Source: an uncultured Gemmatimonadales bacterium
GTDB lineage: Bacteria > Gemmatimonadota > Gemmatimonadetes > Gemmatimonadales > GWC2-71-9
Length of the DNA: 64,000 nt
Reading direction: 5' to 3'
Assembly (NCBI GenBank): GCA_963798915.1
Contig: CAWCVB010000001.1
Span: 224,001 to 288,000, forward strand
Below, in pieces: positions 1 to 13,359 of the stretch (its first letter is position 1; every line of letters begins with the position of its first letter). Made by a program: the position numbers and the translations under genes. A model generated the notes under the pieces. The model worked only from the letters and a program-made list of their open reading frames with translations, had not been told where the DNA came from and did not search any database.

Positions 1-1008
1 CCCAGGCGTTCCCGCAAAAGTCGTATCGTGCATGACCTCGCCGTCGGACGCCCGCACGAGCACCACGCGAGCACTATCGCAATTGACACAACGTGTGCCG
101 CCTGCAACAGCAAGCCACTGGCCGTCGGGACTGAAGGCTACCCCTTCGCTCGACTGCACCCCTGGGATGCGATAGGCAATGGTGCCGGTCCCAACATCAA
201 AGACGGGCACGCCAGCCTGGTCCCAGTTAACGCGGATACTTGCCCTGTCATGCGAGGGGGACATGACGGCACCCTGGACTTCCTCCGCCTGCTCACTGTA
301 GGAAGGCCCCGGGCCAGTCACGGTGAATTCATGATTGGTCGCGACGAAGAGTCCGCCTGCTCCAAACTGCATTGCCGCTCGGGCATAGCTTACCGTAGTC
401 GGGGACACCAGCTCGGGAGAGGGCAACAGCTTCCACCGCTGCATCGTCGAATCATGCGGCCAGACCAGGAACTCATCGTTCTGCTCGGTTGGACCTACAC
501 CCCGGAAGTTTGCCGCCGACCAGTCCATCAGGGAATCAAGGCGTACGAGTGTATTTGCCGTTGCGTTGATCTCCAGCAGATTCATGAGGTCCCCGCCCAG
601 CACGACCGCGTCGCCGCCGACGGGCCAAACCATCACGGTCTCGAAGATCAATGTGGAGAAGTCGTGCGCCCCCGTAAATCCGCGCACCGAGACGGGATCG
701 AGCGTGAACGTATCGCCGCTGGCCAGCGCAAGCTTGAGCATCACCTGCCCCGCCGCCCAGGCGGGCAGCGTGACGGTCCACGTAGAGTCATTCACCTGCC
801 GCGCAGCGAGTACGCTGTCTGCCAGACGAAAGACCGGAGCCTGCTCAAGATCCCCGAAGATGCGATTCTGGACCAGCACGTCCGAGCCCGCCCAGATGCG
901 GGTGGGGCTCACATGGAAATCCGCCCCGGTGTCGGGACCACTGTTGTCGGCGCAGGCGGCCAGCAGCGCTACAGCGCCCGCCATGCCGGCGGCAAGGGTG
1001 CAACGCAT
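1..1008 (-). CDS. Lipoprotein with probable beta-propeller (WD40-like) region; 3' end lies outside the window
   Basis: Hand translation of the minus strand from ATG at 1008 gives MRCTLAAGMAGAVALLAAC (lipobox), open to the window edge, containing AFSPDGQWLAVAG. Missing from the ORF track because no stop falls in the window. Confidence 0.75.
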   Translation of the reverse strand, partial: MRCTLAAGMAGAVALLAACADNSGPDTGADFHVSPTRIWAGSDVLVQNRIFGDLEQAPVFRLADSVLAARQVNDSTWTVTLPAWAAGQVMLKLALASGDTFTLDPVSVRGFTGAHDFSTLIFETVMVWPVGGDAVVLGGDLMNLLEINATANTLVRLDSLMDWSAANFRGVGPTEQNDEFLVWPHDSTMQRWKLLPSPELVSPTTVSYARAAMQFGAGGLFVATNHEFTVTGPGPSYSEQAEEVQGAVMSPSHDRASIRVNWDQAGVPVFDVGTGTIAYRIPGVQSSEGVAFSPDGQWLAVAGGTRCVNCDSARVVLVRASDGEVMHDTTFAGTPG

Positions 1009-1084
1009 GGGGTCTCCGAGGAGGGAAGGGATGCAGTCAATATACAGCTCAGGATATAGCTCAGGAGTAGAGCGTCGGCCGTCA

Positions 1085-1147
1085 AGACGTCGAGCGCCAG
1101 ACGCCAGACGCCAGACGCTGAGCCCTCGTCCCTAGTCCCCAGTCCCT
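1085..1147. repeat. Short tandem heptamer arrays (GACGCCA)n and CCCAGTC-like
   Basis: agacgccagacgccagacgc and gtccctagtccccagtccct between divergent genes. Confidence 0.7.
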
Positions 1148-1169
1148 CCACCCCCCATCTTCCTTATAT

Positions 1170-2384
1170 ATGCCTGCCCCCGCTGATGTCGTCTTCCTCT
1201 CCGCCGTTCGCACCGGCTTTGGCGCCTTTGGCGGTGCCCTCAAGGACTTGTCCGCCACCGACTTGGGTGTCATCGCCGGACGCGCCGCACTGCTCCGCGC
1301 CGGCCTCGAATCGGGGGCCGTGGACCATGTGATCTTCGGCAACGTGATCCAGACCTCCGCCGACGCCATTTACCTGGCGCGTCATGTCGCGCTCCGGGCC
1401 GGCTGCCCCGAAGAAACCCCGGCCCTCACCGTCAATCGGCTCTGCGGCTCGGGCTTCGAGGCGCTGACCCAGGCCGCACAGCTGATCACCCTTGGCCATG
1501 CGGACGCGGTGCTCGCAGGCGGCACGGAGTCGATGAGCCAGGCCCCACACGTGATCCGCGGAGCGCGCTGGGGCCTGCGCCTCGGCCCGCCGCCGCCACT
1601 GGAGGACACCCTCTGGGAAGGACTGCGCGACAGCTACTGCGACCTTTCCATGGCCGAGACCGCTGAGCGGCTTGCGGAACAGCATGCGCTCGCGCGAAGT
1701 GACGTGGATGCCGTGGCACTCAGAAGTCAGCAGCGCGCCGAGACCGCATGGAAGAGCGGCGCCTTTACTGACGAGATCGTACCGGTCGAGATCACCAATC
1801 GCAAGACGGGCGAACAGCTGGCGTGGGCCCAGGATGACCATCGCCGGCCCGGCACCACGGCCCAGGCGCTGGCCAAGCTGCCACCCTACTTCCGGAAGGA
1901 TGGCGTGGTCACGGCCGGCAACGCCAGCGGCATCGTGGATGGCGCTGCCGCACTGGTCGTGAGCAGTGCGGCCTGGGCCAGCGATCATGGCGTCGCTCCG
2001 CTCGGACGCCTCGTCGGCTGGGGCGTCGCCGGGGTGGACCCACGCGTCATGGGTTTCGGGCCCGTTCCCGCGTCCCGTATTGCGCTGGCGCGGGCCGGCA
2101 TGAAACTCGACCAGATGAATCTCGTCGAAGTGAACGAAGCGTTCGCAGCCCAGTATCTTGCGGTCGAGCGTGAACTCGACCTGGACCCTGACCGGACCAA
2201 TGTGGATGGCGGCGCGATCGCCATCGGCCATCCACTTGGCGCCACCGGCGCCAGGATCATCGGCCACCTGCTGCATGCATTGCGGCGGCGCGACAGGCGG
2301 TTCGGGCTGGGTGCCGCCTGCATCGGCGGCGGGCAGGGCATGGCGCTGATCATCGAAGCATTTCCGAAAGCGGAGGCATCATGA
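1170..2384 (+). CDS. Acetyl-CoA C-acyltransferase (thiolase)
   Basis: [20 protein letters not shown] and CIGGGQG thiolase motifs. Confidence 0.96.
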   Translation: MPAPADVVFLSAVRTGFGAFGGALKDLSATDLGVIAGRAALLRAGLESGAVDHVIFGNVIQTSADAIYLARHVALRAGCPEETPALTVNRLCGSGFEALTQAAQLITLGHADAVLAGGTESMSQAPHVIRGARWGLRLGPPPPLEDTLWEGLRDSYCDLSMAETAERLAEQHALARSDVDAVALRSQQRAETAWKSGAFTDEIVPVEITNRKTGEQLAWAQDDHRRPGTTAQALAKLPPYFRKDGVVTAGNASGIVDGAAALVVSSAAWASDHGVAPLGRLVGWGVAGVDPRVMGFGPVPASRIALARAGMKLDQMNLVEVNEAFAAQYLAVERELDLDPDRTNVDGGAIAIGHPLGATGARIIGHLLHALRRRDRRFGLGAACIGGGQGMALIIEAFPKAEAS

Positions 2385-3220
2385 ACGGACTGCTGACTGT
2401 GCTTGCCATCGTAGTGGCGTACTCGTTCCTGAGTCTCCGGGTACTGCGCCAGTACGAGCGCGGGGTGGCCTTCTTCCTTGGCAAGTACAGCGGGACCAAG
2501 GGGCCAGGACTGGTCTTTCTCCCCGCGTTCTTCGCCACCATGAAGCGGGTCTCGCTTCGCATCATGGCCATGGACGTGCCACCCCAGGACGTGATCACCC
2601 GCGACAATGTCTCGGTCCGCGTGAATGCCGTGCTCTACATGAAAGTCAAGGAACCATCGAGCGTGATCCTGGAGATACAGGACTACCTCTATGCCACCAA
2701 CCAGCTGGCCCAGACCACGCTCCGCTCGGTGCTGGGCGAGGTGGAGCTGGACGAGCTGCTGAGTGACCGTGAGAAGATCAATGCCGTGCTCAAGCGCATC
2801 ATTGACGAACGCACCGAGGCATGGGGTATCCAGGTGGACGCGGTCGAGGTCAAGGATGTGGACCTGCCGGAGATGATGAAGCGCGCCATGGCCCGGCAGG
2901 CTGAAGCCGAACGCGAGCGACGGGCCAAGGTCATCAATGCGCAAGGCGAACTGCAGGCGTCGGAGACGCTGGCACAGGCGGCCCGCATGCTCGCCACCGA
3001 ACCCAGCGCGCTGCAACTGCGATACCTGCAGACGGTGGCCGAGATTGCCACCGAAAACAATTCGACCACGATCTTCCCGATCCCCATCGACATGATCCGG
3101 CCCTTCATCGAGTCGGGCAGGGCGAGCAGGGCGGCCGAGGCGGGCGGGAAGGCGCTGCCGGCGCCCGATCCCACCTTGCCGCAGTTCAAGGTCGCCGAGA
3201 AGGACAAGGAGTCACGCTAG
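2381..3220 (+). CDS. SPFH/band-7 (slipin/stomatin-like) membrane protein
   Basis: N-terminal [44 protein letters not shown]. Confidence 0.95.
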   Translation: MNGLLTVLAIVVAYSFLSLRVLRQYERGVAFFLGKYSGTKGPGLVFLPAFFATMKRVSLRIMAMDVPPQDVITRDNVSVRVNAVLYMKVKEPSSVILEIQDYLYATNQLAQTTLRSVLGEVELDELLSDREKINAVLKRIIDERTEAWGIQVDAVEVKDVDLPEMMKRAMARQAEAERERRAKVINAQGELQASETLAQAARMLATEPSALQLRYLQTVAEIATENNSTTIFPIPIDMIRPFIESGRASRAAEAGGKALPAPDPTLPQFKVAEKDKESR

Positions 3221-3221
3221 C

Positions 3222-4055
3222 ATGACCGGCGGGCTTCCGGCGCGCATTGACCGCGCCGCCCTCGAGCGCATTCTCCAGCGCGCCACCGAACTCCAGGCCG
3301 CTGAGCGCGACCCCGGTCACGACATGACCACCGAGGAACTGCTCGCGCTTGGGAAGGAAGTGGGCCTGCCACAGCGGTACCTGCAGCAGGCGCTGCTGGA
3401 AGAGCGCACCCGCGTCGGTCTCGGTGGCGACGGCGGACTGGTGGCGCGCATCGCAGGTCCCGCCACCACCTCGGCCCAACGCGTCGTGCAGGGCGATGTG
3501 GAGAGCGTCCAGGCGGAACTCATCCGCTACATGGACGACCGTGAAATGCTGCTGGTGCAACGGGAGCAGCCCGGTGCAGTGCTGTGGGAACCGGTCAAGG
3601 GATTTCAGGCTGCGGTGCGGCGATCCACGGCCGCGTTCGGCCGGAGCTCGCGTGGCTACCTGCTCGACCGGGTGCCCACGCTCCGCGGCACTATCGCCCC
3701 GCTCGAGCCGGGCTATGTCCATGTTGCGCTCACGGCCGACATGCACGCGAGGCGCTCGGCTTTCATCGGTGGCGGTGCTGGCACTGCCGCCGCCGGCGTG
3801 GCCGGCACCACCATACTGCTCGCGCTGAGCGCATTTCCGCTGGTTGCCATCGCTCCCGTCGTCGCCGGCGCCGTGCTCGGCGTCATCGTCGTCCGACAGT
3901 ACCCTCCCAAGGTCCAGCGAGTGCAGCTCGGCCTGGAGCGCGCCCTCGACCATCTGCAGCGCAGCGATCTTCGCGGCGGGACCCGGAAGCTTCCGCCGCG
4001 TGGCGGCGGCATTACCTCGCTCATTGCTGACGAAATCAGGAAGGCTCTCAAGTGA
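3222..4055 (+). CDS. Hypothetical membrane protein
   Basis: Operon-coupled ORF with two C-terminal hydrophobic segments. Confidence 0.75.
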   Translation: MTGGLPARIDRAALERILQRATELQAAERDPGHDMTTEELLALGKEVGLPQRYLQQALLEERTRVGLGGDGGLVARIAGPATTSAQRVVQGDVESVQAELIRYMDDREMLLVQREQPGAVLWEPVKGFQAAVRRSTAAFGRSSRGYLLDRVPTLRGTIAPLEPGYVHVALTADMHARRSAFIGGGAGTAAAGVAGTTILLALSAFPLVAIAPVVAGAVLGVIVVRQYPPKVQRVQLGLERALDHLQRSDLRGGTRKLPPRGGGITSLIADEIRKALK

Positions 4056-5113
4056 AGCAGCTGGCGCTGGTCTTCTCGCTTGCCCTGGCCATCGCATGCG
4101 CACGGAATGGCCAGCCGGACTTTGCCCCGATGCCAGAGGCAAGGCATGGTCAGATCGAACTGGACCCGCAGGAAGCCACCAAGAAACTGGCGGACGCGAT
4201 GACGGCAGCTGGACTGCCCGTGACGGAAGTGGCGACGCGGGAAGGATTCGTCAGCACGGCATGGTACGACACCGCGACCAGGAAGCGCGCCGGGTCCCGT
4301 CCGCTGGGCACCGATGACGTTCGGATCCGTGCCTGGGTGATGCCGTGGCGGTACGGCTGGAGCGAGATCACCATGGAAGCGGTGTACCGGCCATTGGCCG
4401 ATCCCTCTCGGCCGGAACGGGAGCTGGAGCGCAGCGTGCCCTACGATCATCCTGCCCGGGTCGCCATCCGTGAGATCATGCAGGGGATGGGTGCGACGAG
4501 CACGCTGGCCGAGTCCGATGCGCCCAAACCCGTGCTCAAGACACCGATCGGCGATCCCGGGCGGCTGGGCAAGCCCGGTGTCACGGTGCCGGAGCCGAGC
4601 GACACGACCCGCGCGGACAGCATCAGCCCCAAGGTCGCGAAGGGCGGCAGGGACAGCATCGCCGTCGCGCCGGCAGACACCGCTCGGCCAGCCGCCGATT
4701 CCCTGCGGCCTCGGCGCGACTCGGCGATCGTCTTTCGTCCTCGGACGCCGGGCGACACCATCCATCAGCGCGCCCGGCCCGACACAACCCGGAACGTCAG
4801 GCCCGACACGATTCGCGCTGCTCCAGTCCCGGCAGTTGATACGACGCGCGCGGCACCACCGGCACCACCGGCACCGCCGGTATCTGCTGCGCCCACCTCG
4901 GGCTACGCCGTTCAGGTGGCCGCGCCGTCAGACGCCTACACCGCCAATGATTTCTCGCGGCGGCTCCAGGCCACGGGGTATCGATCGCGCATCGTGACGG
5001 AGGACGGCAGATACAAGGTGCGGAGCCAGCTCTACGCCAACCACACCGACGCAGCCATTGCGCTGGAGCGGCTGCGGCGAACGTTCAGCGATGCGTTTCT
5101 GGTGGAGGAGTGA
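4052..5113 (+). CDS. SPOR-domain lipoprotein
   Basis: Lipobox LAIAC, Pro/Thr-rich linker, C-terminal YAVQVAA...YKVR...DAFLV SPOR pattern. Confidence 0.8.
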   Translation: MKQLALVFSLALAIACARNGQPDFAPMPEARHGQIELDPQEATKKLADAMTAAGLPVTEVATREGFVSTAWYDTATRKRAGSRPLGTDDVRIRAWVMPWRYGWSEITMEAVYRPLADPSRPERELERSVPYDHPARVAIREIMQGMGATSTLAESDAPKPVLKTPIGDPGRLGKPGVTVPEPSDTTRADSISPKVAKGGRDSIAVAPADTARPAADSLRPRRDSAIVFRPRTPGDTIHQRARPDTTRNVRPDTIRAAPVPAVDTTRAAPPAPPAPPVSAAPTSGYAVQVAAPSDAYTANDFSRRLQATGYRSRIVTEDGRYKVRSQLYANHTDAAIALERLRRTFSDAFLVEE

Positions 5114-5131
5114 GGGCCATCCTTGCACGTC

Positions 5132-6059
5132 TTACGGCCGCCACTCAGGATACTCATCATCGGCAGCGTCGGTGGTCAGGCGGACCAGTCCCGTGCCGTC
5201 CAACTTGATCGAGTAGATGTCCCACTGGCCGCTGCGATCGGAGTCGAACGCCAGCCGGGATCCGTCCCCCAGCCACGACGACGAGAAGTCGTCGGCTGAA
5301 TGCTTCGACACGTTGGTCGGATTCGAGCCATCAGGGTTCATGGTGTAGACTTCGTCGTTACCGTCGCGATCAGTCACAAATGACAGCGTCGAGCCGTTGG
5401 GTGACCAGGCGGGCGAGCAGTCGAACGCGGGATTGGCCGTCAGGTTCAAGGGGTTCTGGCCGTCCTTGTCCATGATCCAGACATCGCCGTTGCCGGAGCG
5501 GTCCGAAAAGAAGGCGATGTGCGACCCATCCGGCGACCAGATCGGCTCGCTGTCGAATCGCCGAGCTGTTGCTGATCCGTTGCGGATTCGAGCCGTCGGC
5601 GTTCATGATGTAGATCTGCGAGTTGCCATCGCGGTCAGTGGCGAAGGCAATCCTGCTTCCGTCGGGCGACCAATACGGATGCCGATCCACCGCGGGGTCG
5701 TCGGTAAGCCGGGTCACATTGCCGCCGTCGACGTCCATCACATACACGTCGGTGCCACCCGTCCGGGTCGACGCGAAGGCAATCCTGGTCCCGTCGGGCG
5801 ACCAGGCGGCGTCGCCGTCAGCGGCACCGTTGTTGGTGATATTGATGAAGTCGGCTCCGTCGGTCGACATCAGGTAGATCTCGCGATTGCCGTCACGCTG
5901 CGTCTCGAAGGCGATCAGGTCGCGATCGAAATCGAATGACGGCTCCGGCGGTGGCGGCGGTCCGGTGGGATCGTCGCCCCCGCAGGCAGCGACAAGCAAC
6001 GCCGCCAGAAATGCCGTCACAAGCGAAGTCGCCTGCCCCGCTGGCCTCGTACCTGGCAT
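5132..6059 (-). CDS. TolB-like (PD40 repeat) beta-propeller lipoprotein, split by a 1-nt frameshift near 5557
   Basis: Lipobox LVAAC; repeated WSPDG.RIAF.T.RDG; ORFs 5370-6206 and 5132-5473 join if one base in gcgattcgac is removed. Confidence 0.85.
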
Positions 6060-6131
6060 CTGCAAACTCCTGTCGTGAGCATGGACCGTGTGGCGACCGC
6101 AGGGGGCGGGCCGCCGACCGGGCGATGACAG

Positions 6132-6161
6132 GAGAACGCAATTGGAGCCTCCAACCGGACA
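6132..6161 (-). promoter_or_regulatory. Putative ECF-sigma promoter TGTCCGGTT-N14-CGTTCTC
   Basis: Same boxes and spacing as at 9863-9892. Confidence 0.65.
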
Positions 6162-6308
6162 TCGGGCCATGCAGGCCGACTGCTGAACGGCGCAGGCGGC
6201 CTGCATGGCGCTGGCGTGTCGCGAGGCGTATATAAGTGAAGGTGGGCCGCAGGCGGCCGCCGTGGGCGGGCGGGGTGGTTTCCTTCATACTCCCGGAGCT
6301 GGGCCAGG

Positions 6309-6881
6309 GTGCCACAGGCACAGACCTTCACCCAAATCCTCAGGGCTTCTCGCGCCGGCAGCGGGCGCGCCGTCGACCGGCTCTTCTCACTGCTCTATGC
6401 TGAACTCCGGCGCGTAGCCCACGCACAGCTCGCCGCCAGCCCACCCGGCGGAACCCTGAATACCACCGCACTCATCAACGAGGCCTACCTGCGCTTGGTG
6501 GACCAGGCGGAGGCCGACTGGGAAGACCGCGCGCATTTCATTGCGTACGCGTCCCGGACGATGCGCACCATCGTGGTCGACTATGCCCGCCGGCGCGGTG
6601 CCACAAAGCGGGGCGGACACTTGGCCCGGGTGACGTTCGAGGAGCGTGACCTCCCGGTGGACACCCAGGCCGAGCTGATGCTTGCGGTGGACGACGCGCT
6701 CACCCGGCTGGCGGAGGTCAGTGAGCGGCTGAGCCGGATCGTCGAGTGCCGATTCTTTGGCGGCATGAGTATCGACGAAACGGCAACCGCCCTCGGCGTC
6801 TCGGACCGCACGGTGCGGCGGGACTGGGTCAAGGCCAAGACGTGGCTCTATATCAGTCTGTACGGCGAGCCGGCCGGCTGA
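6309..6881 (+). CDS. ECF RNA polymerase sigma factor, STK-associated type
   Basis: LYAELRRVAH, TLNTTALINEAYLRL, RFFGGMS...TVRRDW; directly upstream of a Ser/Thr kinase. Confidence 0.93.
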   Translation: MPQAQTFTQILRASRAGSGRAVDRLFSLLYAELRRVAHAQLAASPPGGTLNTTALINEAYLRLVDQAEADWEDRAHFIAYASRTMRTIVVDYARRRGATKRGGHLARVTFEERDLPVDTQAELMLAVDDALTRLAEVSERLSRIVECRFFGGMSIDETATALGVSDRTVRRDWVKAKTWLYISLYGEPAG

Positions 6882-6914
6882 TCGGCCGGAGATCCGGAGG
6901 TACCCCTGTTCGCA

Positions 6915-9821
<2,907 letters not shown>

Positions 9822-9862
9822 CACGTCCGGAGGCCACCCATGCTCTGGCATTCCGCCAACGG

Positions 9863-9892
9863 TGTCCGGTTCCCGAAGCGAAATCCGTTCTC
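9863..9892 (+). promoter_or_regulatory. Putative ECF-sigma promoter TGTCCGGTT-N14-CGTTCTC
   Basis: Matches 6132-6161 on the minus strand; 75 nt upstream of the RCC1 gene. Confidence 0.65.
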
Positions 9893-9967
9893 CCTCTCAC
9901 CTCGATCGCGACGATCGCGTGCCCGCCACCGCCGCGCGAGTCGGATCACCACGACGGGAGGAGAGAG

Positions 9968-11167
9968 ATGGTCAGCACGATTCAGAGGACATGCGCCGGC
10001 AGGATTCCGGCGGTTATCGTCGCGGCGCTCATCGCCGGTGCCTGCAGCCAGGAAGCGCCGACCGGGCCCGAGCAGCCGGCCCTGAGCGCGGCTCAGTTCC
10101 CGATCACCGGCTTCGAGCTCGCTTCCGTAAGCGCCAGCATCTTTCACACCTGCGGTGCCACCAAGAGCGGCCAGGCATTCTGCTGGGGGTCGAATGTCTT
10201 CGGCCAGTTGGGCGACGGGACGACCACGAACAGCAACGTGCCGGTGGCGGTGGCCGGCGATCTTCAGTTCACCTCCGTGAGCGTGGGCGGACATTTCTCC
10301 TGTGGTGTCACCAAGGGCGGCCAGGCGCTCTGCTGGGGAGAGAATGGCCTTGGCCAGTTGGGCGACGGGACGACCACGAACAGCAACGTGCCGGTGGCGG
10401 TGGCCGGCGATCTTCAGTTCACCTCCGTGAGCGCGGCCGGAACTCACTCCTGCGCTGTGACCAAGGGCGGCCAGGCGCTCTGCTGGGGAGGGAATGGCGT
10501 TGGCCAGTTGGGCGACGGGACGACCACGAGCAGCAACGTGCCGGTGACGGTCTCCGGCGGCTTCCAGTTCGCCTCCGTGAGCGCGGGCGATGGGCACTCC
10601 TGCGGCATCACCAAGGGCGGCCAGGCGCTCTGCTGGGGAGGGAATGGCGTTGGCCAGTTGGGCGACGGGACGACCACGGACAGTAACGTGCCGGTGGCCG
10701 TCTCCTCCGCCTTTCAGTTCACCTCCGTGAGCGCGGGCGTTCCCTACACCTGCGGCGTCACCAAGGGCGGCCAGGCGCTCTGCTGGGGGGCCAATATCTC
10801 CGGCCAGCTGGGCGACGGGACGACCACGAGCAGCAACGTGCCGGTGGCGGTCTCCGGCGACTTCCAGTTCGCCTCCGTGAGCGCGAGCAATAATGCGCAC
10901 TCCTGCGGCGTTACCAAGGGCGGCCAGGCGCTCTGCTGGGGATTCAATAGCTCTGGCCAGTCAGGCGACGGGACGACTGCGGACAGCAACGTGCCGGTGG
11001 CGGTCTCCGGCGGCTTCCAGTTCGCCTCCGTGAGCGCGGGCAAACTCTACACCTGCGGCGTCACCAAGCAGCTCGGCACCTGGTGCTGGGGGCAAAACGA
11101 TTTTGGCGAGTTGGGCAACGGCACCAACGTGGGCTCGCTGGGTCCCTCGCCAGTCGCCACGCCCTGA
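9968..11167 (+). CDS. RCC1/BLIP-II repeat lipoprotein (7-blade propeller)
   Basis: Lipobox IAGAC; seven ~50-aa repeats [30 protein letters not shown]. Confidence 0.93.
   Translation: MVSTIQRTCAGRIPAVIVAALIAGACSQEAPTGPEQPALSAAQFPITGFELASVSASIFHTCGATKSGQAFCWGSNVFGQLGDGTTTNSNVPVAVAGDLQFTSVSVGGHFSCGVTKGGQALCWGENGLGQLGDGTTTNSNVPVAVAGDLQFTSVSAAGTHSCAVTKGGQALCWGGNGVGQLGDGTTTSSNVPVTVSGGFQFASVSAGDGHSCGITKGGQALCWGGNGVGQLGDGTTTDSNVPVAVSSAFQFTSVSAGVPYTCGVTKGGQALCWGANISGQLGDGTTTSSNVPVAVSGDFQFASVSASNNAHSCGVTKGGQALCWGFNSSGQSGDGTTADSNVPVAVSGGFQFASVSAGKLYTCGVTKQLGTWCWGQNDFGELGNGTNVGSLGPSPVATP
10110..11130 (+). repeat. Intragenic ~150-bp tandem repeats encoding RCC1 blades
   Basis: Near-identical ccaagggcggccaggcgctctgctgggg and ggcgacgggacgaccacg recur with ~150-nt period. 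Confidence 0.9.
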
Positions 11168-11181
11168 GGCCCGAGGAGATC

Positions 11182-11394
11182 ATGCTGAGCATGGGGTCAA
11201 TCAACAAGGCGCGATTCATCGTTGGCGGACTTGCGGCGGGCGTGATCATGAATGCCGTGACGCTACTCGCTGCCCGACTCTATCTCTCCGCAATGATGGA
11301 CCTGCTCACGTCCCGAGGGATACACCCTCCCGGCGGGGCGATCCCGAGTTGCCAGTTTGGCCTCCACGGTCGCCGGCGCTTCGATGTAGCGTGA
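11182..11394 (+). pseudogene. Probable truncated membrane-protein gene remnant
   Basis: Good SD (GAGGAG); N-terminus INKARFIVGGLAAGVIMN looks like a TM protein, then the frame ends at 70 aa. Confidence 0.4.
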
Positions 11395-11490
11395 GGCGCA
11401 GGACCAGCCCGTTCATGCACTCGACTCTCCGGCGCGGACAGACGCGCCGGGGAGGGCGCACGAGATCATCCCTCGCTAGAGGAGGCTACC

Positions 11491-12069
11491 ATGAGACCGA
11501 CCCGCCCGCCCGTCTCCGCGTGGCTGCTCGCCGGCGCGCTGCTGCTCCCCGCCGCGCGCCCGGCGGCCGCGCAGCTCGACACCACGAATTTCCCGGCTCG
11601 TCCCGCGGCACGCCTGGCCAGGCTCGAGCGGTTCTTCGGCACCTACGTCTACACGGACAACGAGTACGGGGGACTCGGACCGTGGCGCGGAACGGTTGCC
11701 GTCCGCCCCGCCATCAAGGGCTGGTACGTCCATTTGGTCATCGATACCCGCTTCGGCCCCATCGATCGGCAGCTCGAGGTGCTCATCACCTGGGACGAGG
11801 CTCTCGGCCGCTACCGCACCTGGAGTTTCGACACGAACCCACCGGGGCCCCCGGGCAGGATCGAAGGAGAGGGACGGTTCGAGGGGGACGAGTTCGTGAT
11901 CGAATTGAAGAACGTACCCGGGCCGCACGGGGAGCCGCCCGCGACCCTGCGCGACCGGGTACGGATGGAAAGCCCGGACGAGCTCGTCATTGTGACGGAG
12001 GTCGATCCCCCGGATGCCGAGCCCTTTCGTATCGGCACCTGGAGAAGCATGCGTATCTCGGCCAGGTGA
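11491..12069 (+). CDS. Secreted hypothetical protein
   Basis: SD GAGGAGG; signal peptide ending PAAA-Q; beta-rich mature region. Confidence 0.75.
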   Translation: MRPTRPPVSAWLLAGALLLPAARPAAAQLDTTNFPARPAARLARLERFFGTYVYTDNEYGGLGPWRGTVAVRPAIKGWYVHLVIDTRFGPIDRQLEVLITWDEALGRYRTWSFDTNPPGPPGRIEGEGRFEGDEFVIELKNVPGPHGEPPATLRDRVRMESPDELVIVTEVDPPDAEPFRIGTWRSMRISAR

Positions 12070-12457
12070 CGGAGCAGCGCACCGAGGCCGTTTCCCCCGC
12101 CGATTCCGAATGGGTGAGCTGGGTCCACGACCAGCAACCGTCACGCGCGTGGCGTGCCAGCACCCGGGAGGAGAAGGCACATGATCGCGAGGTCACCGAC
12201 AGTCTGCCGAGCGTTGCTGGCTCTCGCAGCTTGCGCCGGGCTGTCGTGTTCATCATCCGAGCGGGGCCCGATGACCTCGCCCAGGCCGGTCGCGGGATGC
12301 GTGCACGAGCAGATGCGACTGAAATGATTCCAGTCGCATCGTTGACCTCAGGAAGGCAGGTTCCAGAAGGTTTGCCGCCAATTTTCAAGTGGTATTGCGT
12401 TCACGGAGGGAGTAGCGAAGGGTGCTCGGGACACGCCCACGACCCATGACTCACGAC

Positions 12458-13252
12458 TTATGTCACGTAGCTCCGCACCCACTCCTCGAGCCTGGGCAGA
12501 TCCAGCAGTGCGTCCTTGCACGGCCCTGACGGCAGGGTCATCGTGAGCCCCAGCACCGGCACCTTTCCCGCCACGTCATGCAGTCCGCTCACCATGTCCC
12601 GCTCGCACGCTACCGCCACGACCGCGCGCGGGCGGCGTTCGCGGATCACACGCCGAGCAAGCTGACCGCGCGTCGCCACGAACACTGGGACGTCATACTT
12701 GCCGGCGATGCCGAGGACTCCGTCGAGCGTCTGTTTGGACAGGCAGCGTGGGATCAGCACCAGCAGCTCGCCCTGCCCCACTTTCCGCCCCCGCCTGGAC
12801 GCCAGTGCGTTGTAGACCTTGACCGAGGCGTTCTCCACCCAGTCGCGCCAGCCAAAGAGACTCGAGACACGGGACGTGAGACGCATGAGCCTGAGAAACG
12901 GTCCCCGTTCGGCCAGTCGTTCGGGCAGGAGGGGGCGGTGCAGGAGGCAGGAGCCGTAGAGCAGCGCCCACCAGCCGAGCGAGATCAGCGCCGTCAGTGC
13001 GAGCGTCATCCAGAGCCCGGCGGGAATCGCTGGGTGCAACAGCGCGAGACGAGGTGTAAAGAGGTAGATCGCGGCAGCGGCCAGCAGGAATGCCCCCGCC
13101 ATTGCCGCCACCGACCAGGCAAAGAAGAGCCAGGCCGGCGAATCGAAGTTGCCGGCATTGGGCAGGGGCTTGCCGTCCCACTCATCCCATTCGTGACCCA
13201 GCCGGCGGTCGACATCTATGTGAATCAGTTGGGCGCGCGATGTGTCGGGCAT
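12458..13252 (-). CDS. DUF116-family membrane protein
   Basis: Two TMs, IPRCL, AVACERDMVSG, GPCKD; start reassigned to ATG at 13252. Confidence 0.8.
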   Translation of the reverse strand: MPDTSRAQLIHIDVDRRLGHEWDEWDGKPLPNAGNFDSPAWLFFAWSVAAMAGAFLLAAAAIYLFTPRLALLHPAIPAGLWMTLALTALISLGWWALLYGSCLLHRPLLPERLAERGPFLRLMRLTSRVSSLFGWRDWVENASVKVYNALASRRGRKVGQGELLVLIPRCLSKQTLDGVLGIAGKYDVPVFVATRGQLARRVIRERRPRAVVAVACERDMVSGLHDVAGKVPVLGLTMTLPSGPCKDALLDLPRLEEWVRSYVT

Positions 13253-13275
13253 GAATTGAACATAGACGGCTGGAC

Positions 13276-13320
13276 GGCGAGATGTAGGGGCGGGTCCTGG
13301 ACCCACCCCCACATCTCGCC
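13276..13320. repeat. GTAG-type REP-like palindrome
   Basis: GGCGAGATGTAGGGGCGGGTCC-T-GGACCCACCCCCACATCTCGCC imperfect hairpin. Confidence 0.7.
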
Positions 13321-13359
13321 GTCTTGCCGTCTCGCCGTCTCGCCGTCTTCTTTCCCCCC

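Noticed and set aside
28..1059. 343-aa plus-strand ORF
   Set aside because: Shadow of the minus-strand lipoprotein gene, which has a lipobox and propeller motif
10110..11130. Regular repeats as a CRISPR array or DGR
   Set aside because: In-frame 150-nt coding repeats; no unique spacers, cas genes or reverse transcriptase
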